A DNA stretch of 64,000 nt from contig CP070630.1 in NCBI GenBank assembly GCA_020356025.1, positions 1,729,027-1,793,026 of the forward strand. The letters are read 5' to 3'. Under the pieces are notes generated by a model. That model had not been told where the DNA came from. It worked only from the letters and a program-made list of their open reading frames with translations, and made no database searches. Both the position numbers and the translations under genes were made by a program. The stretch is from Dehalococcoidia bacterium. Its GTDB lineage: Bacteria > Chloroflexota > Dehalococcoidia > SM23-28-2. Shown piece after piece: positions 20,994 through 30,612 of this stretch (its first letter is position 1; each line of letters starts with the position of its first letter).

Positions 20994-21647
20994 ATGAAGG
21001 TTAAATGGTTGGGACACGCTTGCTTTCTCCTCACCTCCGACAGCGGACTCAGGATCATAACCGACCCCTACACCCCCGGCGCCTTCGGGTTAGAGTACGC
21101 ACCCCCAGCGGAGACGGCCGACATCGTCACAGTGAGCCACGACCACGCTGACCACAATAACGTGGCCGCTGTGAAAGGCAATCCTCAGGTTGTGCAGGGA
21201 GTCGGCAGCCACGAAGCCAAGGGCGTCCGGTTCAAAGGCATCGCCGCCGCCCACGACGAGTCGTCGGGGAAAGACCGGGGAGCGAATACGATATTCTGCT
21301 TCGCCCTGGACGGCATCAACATCTGCCACCTGGGCGACCTGGGCCACGACCTGTCAGATCAGACAGTGACCGACATCGGCGATGTCGATGTCTTGCTGAT
21401 CCCGGTAGGAGGCAACTTCACCATAGACGCCCCCGTCGCCAACGGCATCTGCAAGAAGCTCGCACCGAATCTGATCATCCCTATGCACTTCAAGAACGCC
21501 AGGTGCCCAAGCTTCCCCGTCGCTGGAGTGGAGGACTTCACCCGAGAGCGCCAGCAGGTAACAACCAGCGCCGGCAGCGAGATAGAGGTCAAGAAGGAGC
21601 AACTCCCCTCCGGCGCGGAGACGATAGTCCTGAAGCCAGCGCTCTAG
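20994..21647 (+). CDS. MBL-fold metallo-hydrolase
   Basis: WLGHACF, SHDHADH, HLGDLGH, PVGG and IPMH motifs. Confidence 0.88.
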   Translation: MKVKWLGHACFLLTSDSGLRIITDPYTPGAFGLEYAPPAETADIVTVSHDHADHNNVAAVKGNPQVVQGVGSHEAKGVRFKGIAAAHDESSGKDRGANTIFCFALDGINICHLGDLGHDLSDQTVTDIGDVDVLLIPVGGNFTIDAPVANGICKKLAPNLIIPMHFKNARCPSFPVAGVEDFTRERQQVTTSAGSEIEVKKEQLPSGAETIVLKPAL

Positions 21648-24016
21648 GCCAGGACCTTGGTGGCCTCGGCTAGGTTCATGCGGTTGCTGTGCCAGATAGA
21701 GGGTATGGTTGACACCAGGGCAGCCACGATAATCACAACGGCGATCATCGCGTAGGTTGTCGTGCGCATGTGGAACCACATAGTGAAGAACTCGGAACTC
21801 CACGTGTGGATCAGGTAGGACGCCGCGATCGTCCCCAGAGCGAGGCCGGGCAGGATCGCCAGCAGGCTGAAGGTCAGGCCTTCCGTCGCCAGCATGAGAA
21901 CAACCGACGGCCTGCCTGCTCCCAGCGTGCGCATGGTCGCTGTCTCCCGCTCCCGCTCCAGCACGTTGACCGTCATCGTGTTGAACACGATCGCGCCCGC
22001 CATCACCATACAGAACGCCACGATGACCCCAGCCATCACGTTGAACAGGGCCATCTGCTCTCTCCAGTCGTCCCGAATGTCCTCCTTGACCTGCACCCCC
22101 TGAATCCCCGGCAAGCGATAGAGCGCCGCCTGCACTTCAGCGTCGGCGGAGGGAGAGGTCGTTTCCAGCCACACGGCATTGAAGCCGTCCCCTAGGCCCA
22201 GTTCGTCCTTCGTCGCCAGCGACACGTAGCCCAGCCCGCCGGTGAACTCCCTGCTAACGCCGCTCACCACCAAAGATGAGATGCCCACCTCTGTTGCTAT
22301 GTCGAGGCTATCGCCGACGCCAACGTCCAGTTGGTCGGCAACCCCCAGGGTCAGGATGATTCCTCCCTCACCCAGAGCCTCGCCCGTCGTCTTCCCGCCG
22401 CCCAGGTCGAATCCGTGCAGCCGCGTGTCCTCTTCCACCGCCATCAACTCGATGTTCGTCCGCTTCGAATCCACCCGCAACTCCGCCGGCGTCAGGTAAA
22501 GGCGCTCGGCCTCGCGGACACCCGTCAGACCGTTGATCTCGGCCAATGTCTGGTCATCCTGAGGGCTCCAGAAAGCCGCCGCCACGTCCCACCTGTCCGT
22601 CTTCTCGAACTGGCGGTCCATGATGAAGTCCATGCTATCGAATGAGGACAGCCCCACGACCAGCAAGATCGCCGCCAGCGCGATAGCGCCCACCGTATAC
22701 AGGCTGCGCATCGGCGCCCGCCAGATGTTGCGTACTCCCAGCCGCACCAGCAGCGGCGGCCGCCGTCCCAGGCCGAATATCCGCTCGACGAAGGGCACCG
22801 AGCCCTTGGCGAGCGCCACCTCCGGCGATGGACGCATCGCCGGCGCCGGCAGCATGCGGCTGGCCGCCCAGGCTGGCGCCGCCGCGGCCACCAACGCCAC
22901 CGCCAGGCTCACTATCACGCTGATCACGATCGGCATAAGCTGAAACTCGTGGGCGATGAGAGGGATCGCGAGCGCGTCGGCGTACAGGCCCGTGAGAAGA
23001 TAGCCTAGCCCGTACCCCGCCGCAGCGCCGACGCTGCCACCCACTACCCCAACCACCACGGCGAACAGAAGATAGTGCACCACGATGGAACCCTTGCCGT
23101 AGCCAACACCCCTGAACAGCCCGATGAGCGTTCTCTGCGCCCGCACCAGGCGGCTCATGGCGATGTAGATAGCGAAGGCTGCGATGACCAGCACCAGAGT
23201 GGGGAGCAAAACGGCAAACTCGCGGCCGCTCTCAAGGTCAAGCTCGGTGGTGGCCTTGCTCGGCTGGTCCTCCTGCCGCACCGTCTGCTGCACACCGTAC
23301 GGCTCCAGCAACCCGGTCACAGCAGCAATGGTGTCCTCGCGCTCGCTTTCGCTCTCCACCAGCACGTTGACCTCATTGACCTGCCCCTGCATCCCGAACA
23401 GCTCCTGCAGGTAAGCGTTCGGCACGAAGAACACTCCGAAGCGGCGCGGGCTGGGCAGCAGGTCCTGCTTGCTCTCCGCCATCAGCAGGTACTCGGGACT
23501 GGAGACCGTCCCGACGATAGTCAGCGGCTTTAGACCCTCAAGCGTGTAGACCTGAAGAGTGTCGCCGCTCTCGTACCCGTGGAAATCGGCAAATTTGCCC
23601 AGCGGCAGCACGACCGCCCTCTCATCCACCTCGAAGTAGCGCCCGGACTCGACGATGACGTCGTTGACCGCCGCCCGCCGATCCGCCGGAAGGCCGATGA
23701 GCCGAGCCTGCACCAGCCGATTCTCGTCCACCGGCAGCCCGGTATCCATCACCACCCGACCTTCCACCGCCTTCACGTTCGCCAGCTCGCGCACCTCGTC
23801 CACCGCCGACTCCGGCGCCTGTGCGACCTCCACGCTGAAGTCGGCGAAGTGGGTTGCCTCGTAGGTGCGATCGTACGAGCGCTCTGCGTTGGTGAACGCC
23901 ACCGTCATCGATACGAAGATGGCGATGCCCAGCGCGATGATGATGGCCAGCGCCCCGAACTGGAAGCGCCGAGCCATTATGTCCCGAATCACCAGCAGGT
24001 GGATCTTGCGGTTCAT
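21644..24016 (-). CDS. FtsX/MacB-like ABC transporter permease (duplicated)
   Basis: Two large extracytoplasmic domains each followed by TM bundles; QR..IG..R..G and ER.RE.AT.R.LG motifs. Confidence 0.88.
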   Translation of the reverse strand: MNRKIHLLVIRDIMARRFQFGALAIIIALGIAIFVSMTVAFTNAERSYDRTYEATHFADFSVEVAQAPESAVDEVRELANVKAVEGRVVMDTGLPVDENRLVQARLIGLPADRRAAVNDVIVESGRYFEVDERAVVLPLGKFADFHGYESGDTLQVYTLEGLKPLTIVGTVSSPEYLLMAESKQDLLPSPRRFGVFFVPNAYLQELFGMQGQVNEVNVLVESESEREDTIAAVTGLLEPYGVQQTVRQEDQPSKATTELDLESGREFAVLLPTLVLVIAAFAIYIAMSRLVRAQRTLIGLFRGVGYGKGSIVVHYLLFAVVVGVVGGSVGAAAGYGLGYLLTGLYADALAIPLIAHEFQLMPIVISVIVSLAVALVAAAAPAWAASRMLPAPAMRPSPEVALAKGSVPFVERIFGLGRRPPLLVRLGVRNIWRAPMRSLYTVGAIALAAILLVVGLSSFDSMDFIMDRQFEKTDRWDVAAAFWSPQDDQTLAEINGLTGVREAERLYLTPAELRVDSKRTNIELMAVEEDTRLHGFDLGGGKTTGEALGEGGIILTLGVADQLDVGVGDSLDIATEVGISSLVVSGVSREFTGGLGYVSLATKDELGLGDGFNAVWLETTSPSADAEVQAALYRLPGIQGVQVKEDIRDDWREQMALFNVMAGVIVAFCMVMAGAIVFNTMTVNVLERERETATMRTLGAGRPSVVLMLATEGLTFSLLAILPGLALGTIAASYLIHTWSSEFFTMWFHMRTTTYAMIAVVIIVAALVSTIPSIWHSNRMNLAEATKVLA

Positions 24017-24046
24017 CGTCTCAGGTTGCCTCTGCCAGCCTTCTCC

Positions 24047-24817
<771 letters not shown>

Positions 24818-25042
24818 CGGCAACCCTCCCCCAAAGCAAAGGCTACCTTGTGACGAGGCCCTGCTGCAAGGAGCGAGGCAAAGGAGAAGACGTGTACTGT
24901 GCTGAAGCCCGGGGACAGGCCGCAGACGGCGCCCGATATCGCTCGGCCGCGACCAATATTCACTCGCTTCTAACCTTTGTGCTCCTGGTTTTCACTGATC
25001 CCCGGCCTTCTTCCGGCGATAATATCTCCAACGGAGGCGGAA

Positions 25043-25477
25043 GTGCCGCTACGCAAGAGCAACGAGTCGAGCGATCACCTCGAGGATGAGGACCTCACGG
25101 ACGAGCTGGTCGAATGGGCCAACGCCAGAAGAGCGTCTGTCTCCGAGACCACGCCAGGCAGGATGGGGTCTCCTGAAGGGGCGGAGTTTGAGCCGGACCT
25201 CTATCCGTCCGACTCAGAGAGCATGCTCAGCGGAGCTGAGACCGCTGCGCTGATCAAGTCCAACCAGCAACCTAAGGTCTTGGTAATAGCTCTTAACGAG
25301 ATCACTGCTGACCGGGCCCAGGCCTACTTGTTCGATGACACCCAAGAAGCGAGCCAGTTCATCGAAACCCTCGTGGAAACCGGCCTCGATCCGGACCGCA
25401 TCATCGTCTTCTGCGGGACGCCGATGAACTTCCAGGTGAGCCACCGCCTCGAGGTCACCGTCGACGAACCCGAGTAG
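25043..25477 (+). CDS. Hypothetical protein, paralogue 1 of a local family
   Basis: GTG after GGAGG; acidic N-terminus; C-terminal ~65-aa domain shared with the next two genes. Confidence 0.7.
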   Translation: MPLRKSNESSDHLEDEDLTDELVEWANARRASVSETTPGRMGSPEGAEFEPDLYPSDSESMLSGAETAALIKSNQQPKVLVIALNEITADRAQAYLFDDTQEASQFIETLVETGLDPDRIIVFCGTPMNFQVSHRLEVTVDEPE

Positions 25478-25593
25478 CAGCCGACGGTATCCAGTTAGCG
25501 GCCCCAGCCAGAGGCGCTGTACCGCCATCTCACGCCGTCGCCCCCCACGAGCCACACGATGGCCTCGGCCAGCAGGAGGACGGCCGGACGCAC

Positions 25594-26001
25594 TCAGTCG
25601 GCGGTCTCTGCCCCCCCCGGCGGGTCCAGATTCACTTCGACGCGATAGGCAACGTTGAGGCGCATCTCTTTTCCAAGGAAGACATGGAGGTGGCTAGGTT
25701 CCATCCCGTCCTCGACGGCGCCTCTGACGAACTCCCCCGCATCCTCGATCCTATCGAAGGCATAGGCTTCGCCGTGCCCGTCTGTCGCCCCGCGGTCAGC
25801 CACGACGATTATCTTCGTCCCGGCTTTTGGCTGCGCTGCATAGGCGATGCCTTTCGCTGCGCCACCCGCAGTGCCCGCGCCGTGCGGGTCCGTTTGCTCC
25901 TCACCAGCCTCGTCATCGCCAGGCTCAGCCGTCACTGTGGCCGGAGCATGCTCCGGCTCGTCGCCGACGTCCTCTTCACCTTTGCGAAAGAGTTTGGGCA
26001 C
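25594..26001 (-). CDS. Hypothetical protein, paralogue 2 of a local family
   Basis: GTG at 26001 after GGGGGTGG; shared C-terminal domain. Confidence 0.7.
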   Translation of the reverse strand: MPKLFRKGEEDVGDEPEHAPATVTAEPGDDEAGEEQTDPHGAGTAGGAAKGIAYAAQPKAGTKIIVVADRGATDGHGEAYAFDRIEDAGEFVRGAVEDGMEPSHLHVFLGKEMRLNVAYRVEVNLDPPGGAETAD

Positions 26002-26212
26002 CCGTGACCACCCCCTATCTTGCCGATGGAGGAAATGCCTCTCTTCTAATACATGGACGCGGCCAGGCTGCTTTTGTAACAAACGTGCCACGCCTGCCCG
26101 TCTATTCCAGAGCCACGCCGCCACCCGCCAGTCACTTTATGTTACGAATGGCAGGTCAGCAGCGTCTAGATAGGTGCGACCCGCACAGGCCGGACGACGA
26201 AGATGGGGGTGA

Positions 26213-26623
26213 ATGAAGGTGCCAAAGGATCATGGGAAGAACGGCGGCTCCGCAGACGTGGATGAGACCAACAACCTGACGACCCACATGTTGGATTGGG
26301 CAAAAGAGAAGATGGCGGCGGGAACGGCTGAGCCTCCCAACGAGGAGCAACCTGCGACAAAGACTGAGCGGCAACAGACGGGCTCGGTAATCGTCGTGGC
26401 TGTCTGCAGCGACGAGTCGAACCAGGCGGAGGCCCAGCTCTTTGAAGATGAGGCTGACGCCAAGCGATTTGTGGAAACCTTAGTGGAAGGCAACGTAGAC
26501 CAGGAACGCATCGCCGTCCTGCGAGGGAAGGCCGTTGAAATGAACGTGACTTATCGCCCAGTGATCCAGCTAGGTGTGGACGGCGAACCGCAAGCAAGCA
26601 GCGATCAAGACCAGCAGCCTTAG
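26213..26623 (+). CDS. Hypothetical protein, paralogue 3 of a local family
   Basis: ATG after GGGGGTG; shared C-terminal domain. Confidence 0.7.
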   Translation: MKVPKDHGKNGGSADVDETNNLTTHMLDWAKEKMAAGTAEPPNEEQPATKTERQQTGSVIVVAVCSDESNQAEAQLFEDEADAKRFVETLVEGNVDQERIAVLRGKAVEMNVTYRPVIQLGVDGEPQASSDQDQQP

Positions 26624-26627
26624 CTCA

Positions 26628-26671
26628 CCCTCCGCCCACCCTGAGCCTGTCGAAGGGGCTCGTCGAAGGGC
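26628..26671. repeat. REP-like intergenic repeat (CCTGAGCYTGYCGAAGG family), copy 1
   Basis: ccctccgcccaccctgagcctgtcgaaggggctcgtcgaagggc; related copies at 27313, 45074 and 52727. Confidence 0.7.
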
Positions 26672-26741
26672 TGTCCCCCAGACCCAACAATTATCGAACG
26701 GCGGCTGGCTGGGACCAATTCCCTGAATCGAAGGACCGCGT

Positions 26742-27029
26742 TTATCGCGCCACCGCCACTTCGTCCTTCTCGGACTCGCCCTCCTCGGAGGCCGCTGGCA
26801 TCCCCAGGCCACGCTGGTTCATCTCGGCCAGCTTCGCCTCAATCTCGATGACCTCCTTAAGGTTGGCTCTCTGTCGCTCGACCAGCTCGATCTTGGCTTG
26901 GACGTACTCGCGCTGCGCTATCAGACTGGAGTGCTCGCTGTCCAATCCCTCCAGATAGTCTTTTAGCACGTCCGACGATCGCTGAGAGCGCCGCTTGCCA
27001 CCTTCACGCGCTGTGGATTGGCTTTGCAT
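26742..27029 (-). CDS. Small predicted coiled-coil protein (95 aa)
   Basis: SD GAGGAGG; heptad-like LKDYLEGLDSEHSSLIAQREYVQAKIELVERQRANLKEVIEIEAKL. Confidence 0.65.
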   Translation of the reverse strand: MQSQSTAREGGKRRSQRSSDVLKDYLEGLDSEHSSLIAQREYVQAKIELVERQRANLKEVIEIEAKLAEMNQRGLGMPAASEEGESEKDEVAVAR

Positions 27030-27312
27030 AGCTGCCCTCCTCGTCTTCGCAGGTCTTGCGAAGAACCCGAGCTTGCTAACCACCTCCATGATCCCCCATT
27101 GGAAGCAGGCGCAGACCGAGGCACCGCCCCGCTCCCGTCGGGAGAGCGCAGATCCCCATGATGGTCGATGAGCCCTTGCCACCTTCTTGACCACCAGACC
27201 CGTCTCGCTTATGTCGAAGAGCCTGGTGCACTGATTCTACTCGCAGTCGCAAGGGTTGGCAAGGGATGAAGGCAATCGGTGCCGCTACGCTCAGCCCGGG
27301 AGCAGCCTCCAG

Positions 27313-27374
27313 CCGCTCATCCTGAGCCTGTCCTGAACTTGCCGAAGGGCTTGTCGAAGGGCCTGTCGAAGGGG
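27313..27374. repeat. REP-like intergenic repeat, copy 2 (with three tandem 12-bp CYTGYCGAAGGG units)
   Basis: ccgctcatcctgagcctgtcctgaacttgccgaagggcttgtcgaagggcctgtcgaagggg. Confidence 0.7.
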
Positions 27375-27415
27375 TCTGAGAGCAGCCTGGGGCGTAGGCT
27401 CGCAGCCTGCGCGTG

Positions 27416-28624
27416 CTAGCCCTCAACGATGGCGTACACGAAGCCATCGTAGCTGCCGATGTAGATTACCCCGTCCACCACCGCCGGCGAGGAGAAAACG
27501 TTGTCGTCCGTCTCGAAATGCCAGCGCTCCTCCCCCGTGGCGCCGTCCAGCGCGTAGACGGACCTGTCCCCGCTGCCGATGTAGACGACCCCATCCACCA
27601 CCGCCGCAGACGAGTGAACTGCGTCGCCTATCTCCAGTGTCCAGCGCTCCTCCCCCGTGGCAGCGTCCAGCGCGTAGACGGAGCCGTCCCGGCTCCCGAC
27701 GTAGACGACCCCCTCCGCTACCGCCGGCGAGGAGAAGACCCTGTCGTCCGTCTCAAAGCGCCAGCGCTGCCCTCCGCTGCCAGCATCCAGCGCATAAACG
27801 AACTTGTCGAAGCTGCCGATGTACACCACCCCGTCCACCACCGCAGGAGAGGAGTGAATCAAATCGCTCGTTTGGAAACGCCAGCGCTGCTCCCCTGTGG
27901 CGCCGTCCAGCGCGTAGGCAGAGCTGTCCCCGCCGCCGATATATACTACCCCGTCCACCACCGCCGGCGAGGAGAGAACGGGCCCGCCTAAATGAACCCG
28001 CCAGCGCTCCTCCCCCGTGGCGCCGTCCAGCGCGTAGACGGAGCCGTCGAGGCTGCCGATGTACACCACCCCGTCCACCACCGCAGGAGAGGAGTGAACG
28101 TCTTCGCCCGTCTCGAAACGCCAGCGCTCATTCCTCGTAGCAGCGTCCAGCGCGTAGACGTAGTTGTCGAGACTACCCACGTAGACTACACCGTCCACCA
28201 CCGCCGGCGAGGGGACGACCCAGTCGCCGGTCTCGAACCGCCAGCGCTCATCCCCCGTGGCGGCGTCCAGCGCGTAGACGTTTCCGTCGAAGCTGCCGAC
28301 GTAGACCACACCGTCCACCACCGCAGGAGAGGAGAAGACGCTGTCCCCCGTCTCGAAGCGCCAGAGCAGCGTCGGCGAGCCCTCAACCCCCGGGCCGGGG
28401 TTCACGCCGGCGTTCGCGAGGTTGCCCCGGAACATCGGCACCCACCGCATAGTTGGCGTCGGCGTAGGCGATTCCTCTGTCGGAACGGTCGCGGTGGCAG
28501 TGGGCTGCTCAGCCGTTGGCGACGGCGTAGGAGCGTTGTCGCTCTCGCCGTCGCACCCGCCTAGCAACAGCGCGGCCAGCGCCAGAGCGACAAACACAAC
28601 CGTCTCTATTCTGTATCTGATCAC
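27416..28624 (-). CDS. Lipoprotein with eight PQQ-like (BamB-type) beta-propeller repeats
   Basis: Lipobox LLGGC, PT-rich linker, 8 x 40-aa WRFET....SSPAVVDGVVY.GS.D..VYALD..TG; upstream TTGTCA-N17-TAGTAT. Confidence 0.9.
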   Translation of the reverse strand: MIRYRIETVVFVALALAALLLGGCDGESDNAPTPSPTAEQPTATATVPTEESPTPTPTMRWVPMFRGNLANAGVNPGPGVEGSPTLLWRFETGDSVFSSPAVVDGVVYVGSFDGNVYALDAATGDERWRFETGDWVVPSPAVVDGVVYVGSLDNYVYALDAATRNERWRFETGEDVHSSPAVVDGVVYIGSLDGSVYALDGATGEERWRVHLGGPVLSSPAVVDGVVYIGGGDSSAYALDGATGEQRWRFQTSDLIHSSPAVVDGVVYIGSFDKFVYALDAGSGGQRWRFETDDRVFSSPAVAEGVVYVGSRDGSVYALDAATGEERWTLEIGDAVHSSAAVVDGVVYIGSGDRSVYALDGATGEERWHFETDDNVFSSPAVVDGVIYIGSYDGFVYAIVEG

Positions 28625-28738
28625 TTGACCCTCCACCTCTTGTCGCGTCCCTATACTACGCACACCCGCGGACGTTGACAAGGGTGGTTTCTCTCATCTC
28701 AGAAAGCAGCGTGGCAGGTGCCTCTAAGCTGTTACCGT

Positions 28739-29452
28739 CTATCTCGCCGGGCCGACAGCGAACAGCGCCCTCGCTGAGCGGGCGGCAAGAAAGCCGTGAG
28801 AATCGGCAGCGGAGGAGTCCACCGCCTCCACATCCCCCTCGAAGTCCTCGACCCGCGTCACCCAGACCCCGTAAATGCCCGACGAGTCCGGGCTGTCGCC
28901 GAACGGGCAGAACTGGACGGTCGCACCGCCGCTGAGGCTGTCGCTTCCGACGGCGTGGTTCCCCTGCCCCGATACGTCCTCGATCGCGCCATCGGCCACC
29001 CGAAGCTGGCGGAACCTGACCTCGTCGCTGGAAAGGAGGGTTTCGCCGGACACATCGGTCACCTGAAAGAAGTAGTCGCCGTCGGTCAAGCGTGGCGAGC
29101 CTTCCTCCTGCCCCACCACCAGGTAGGCGTCGCACTTGTCCTCGAATATGACCGCCGCCGCTGGCTGGCCGTCCTGAAGCGCTACCGAAATACTGCCCAC
29201 AACGGCTGCATATGGGAGAACTTCTTCCTCCCCGTCCGAAGGGCCACCGTCCCCGCCGCCGAGGACGAGGGCCAGCGTCAGGCCCACCGCCACAGCCACC
29301 GCCGCCGCGCCCACTATGGCTCCAATGATCCACGGCCACCACTGCCAGCGCGGCCTCTCGAGCATCGGCGGTTCCCAGGACCAGTCCCAGTCCCGTTCCA
29401 GCCCGCTCCTGCGGCCGACCGGAATACGCCTCTTATCTCCAAACAACGGCAT
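28739..29452 (-). CDS. Hypothetical single-pass membrane protein
   Basis: One N-terminal TM helix followed by an acidic beta-rich domain (LTDGDYFFQVTDVSG..LLS). Confidence 0.65.
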   Translation of the reverse strand: MPLFGDKRRIPVGRRSGLERDWDWSWEPPMLERPRWQWWPWIIGAIVGAAAVAVAVGLTLALVLGGGDGGPSDGEEEVLPYAAVVGSISVALQDGQPAAAVIFEDKCDAYLVVGQEEGSPRLTDGDYFFQVTDVSGETLLSSDEVRFRQLRVADGAIEDVSGQGNHAVGSDSLSGGATVQFCPFGDSPDSSGIYGVWVTRVEDFEGDVEAVDSSAADSHGFLAARSARALFAVGPAR

Positions 29453-29585
29453 GTCGATGAGGCTCCTAGTCTATATAGACGCTTGACCCCCGTCGATAGC
29501 TACTGGCCTCCTGCCGTCCCCTTGTCAGACGCGAACACTTATGATAAACAACGAGCATCAGCCTCTACACGAAAGGAGCTGCGCC

Positions 29586-30551
29586 ATGTTTCAGACAAGG
29601 ATCACTGAACTGTTCGACATCAAGTACCCGATTATCTGCGGCGGCATGTACTGGATCGGCCGGGCCGAGCTGGTAGCAGCAGTGGCCAACGCCGGTGGCC
29701 TCGGCTTCATTGTGGGAGCCACCTTCGAGAATGTGGATGACCTCCGCGCCGAGATCCGCAAGGCCCGCGACTTGACCGACGGCCCGATCGGCCTCAACAT
29801 CAACCTCTTCCCTGCCCTCCGTCCCCAGCCCATCGAGGCCTGGGTCGAGGTCGCCTGCGAGGAGAAGATACCGGTGGTCGAGACCTCTGGTCGCAGCCCA
29901 GAGGCGATCGTGGAGCCATTGCACGCCGGTGGCGTCAAGATCATGCACAAGGTTCCGGGGGTCAAGTACGCTCGCACCGTCGAGCGCCTCGGCTGCGACG
30001 CCGTCTCCGTGGTCGGACACGAGTGCGGCGGTCACCCCGGCATGGATGAGGTGACCACCCTGATAATGGTGCCCGCAACCGTGGACGCAGTCAGCATACC
30101 GGTGGTGGCTGCCGGCGGCTTCGCCGATGGTCGCGGCCTCGTGGCCGCCCTGGCCCTCGGCGCCGACGCCGTTCTCATGGGCACTCGCTTCATGGCCACC
30201 AAGGAGTGCCGCGGCCACCCCGACTGGAAGGATTGGCTGGTCAACGCCGCGGAGACAGACACCACCTACTGCATGAAGTCGATCAAGAACCCGTCGCGCG
30301 TGATCAAGAACGCCGTGTCTGCCAAGGTGATGGAAATGGAGGCCCAGGGAGCCACCCTGGAGGAGTTGATACCCATCATAGCCGGACAGGGAGGCGCCGT
30401 CTTCGACGACGGCAAGATGGATTCTCAACTGGCCAGCGCCGGCCAAGCGATCGGCCTCATCCACGACGTCCCGACAGTGAAGGAGCTCATCGACCGAATA
30501 GTCGACGAAGCGATCGAGATCCGCGAGCGCCTGAACGCCTCCATCCGCTAG
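29586..30551 (+). CDS. Nitronate monooxygenase / FabK-like flavin oxidoreductase
   Basis: YPIICGGM, AVANAGGLG, ECGGH, AAGGFADGRG and MGTRF motifs; SD AAAGGAG. Confidence 0.9.
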   Translation: MFQTRITELFDIKYPIICGGMYWIGRAELVAAVANAGGLGFIVGATFENVDDLRAEIRKARDLTDGPIGLNINLFPALRPQPIEAWVEVACEEKIPVVETSGRSPEAIVEPLHAGGVKIMHKVPGVKYARTVERLGCDAVSVVGHECGGHPGMDEVTTLIMVPATVDAVSIPVVAAGGFADGRGLVAALALGADAVLMGTRFMATKECRGHPDWKDWLVNAAETDTTYCMKSIKNPSRVIKNAVSAKVMEMEAQGATLEELIPIIAGQGGAVFDDGKMDSQLASAGQAIGLIHDVPTVKELIDRIVDEAIEIRERLNASIR

Positions 30552-30612
30552 CTCGTCGGGGCAACCCTCAGCACCAACCCGCCGAACAGCGCACGCCCGG
30601 CGGCTACTGTCC

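Noticed and set aside
27040-27065. Hairpin CTTCGCA-N5-TGCGAAG just before the SD of the coiled-coil gene, considered as a riboswitch or terminator
   Set aside because: There is no U-tract and no recognisable aptamer; insufficient evidence
27420-28375. Regular 120-bp periodic repeats resembling a CRISPR or tandem array
   Set aside because: The repeats are in-frame 40-aa propeller blades of one CDS; there are no unique spacers and no cas genes
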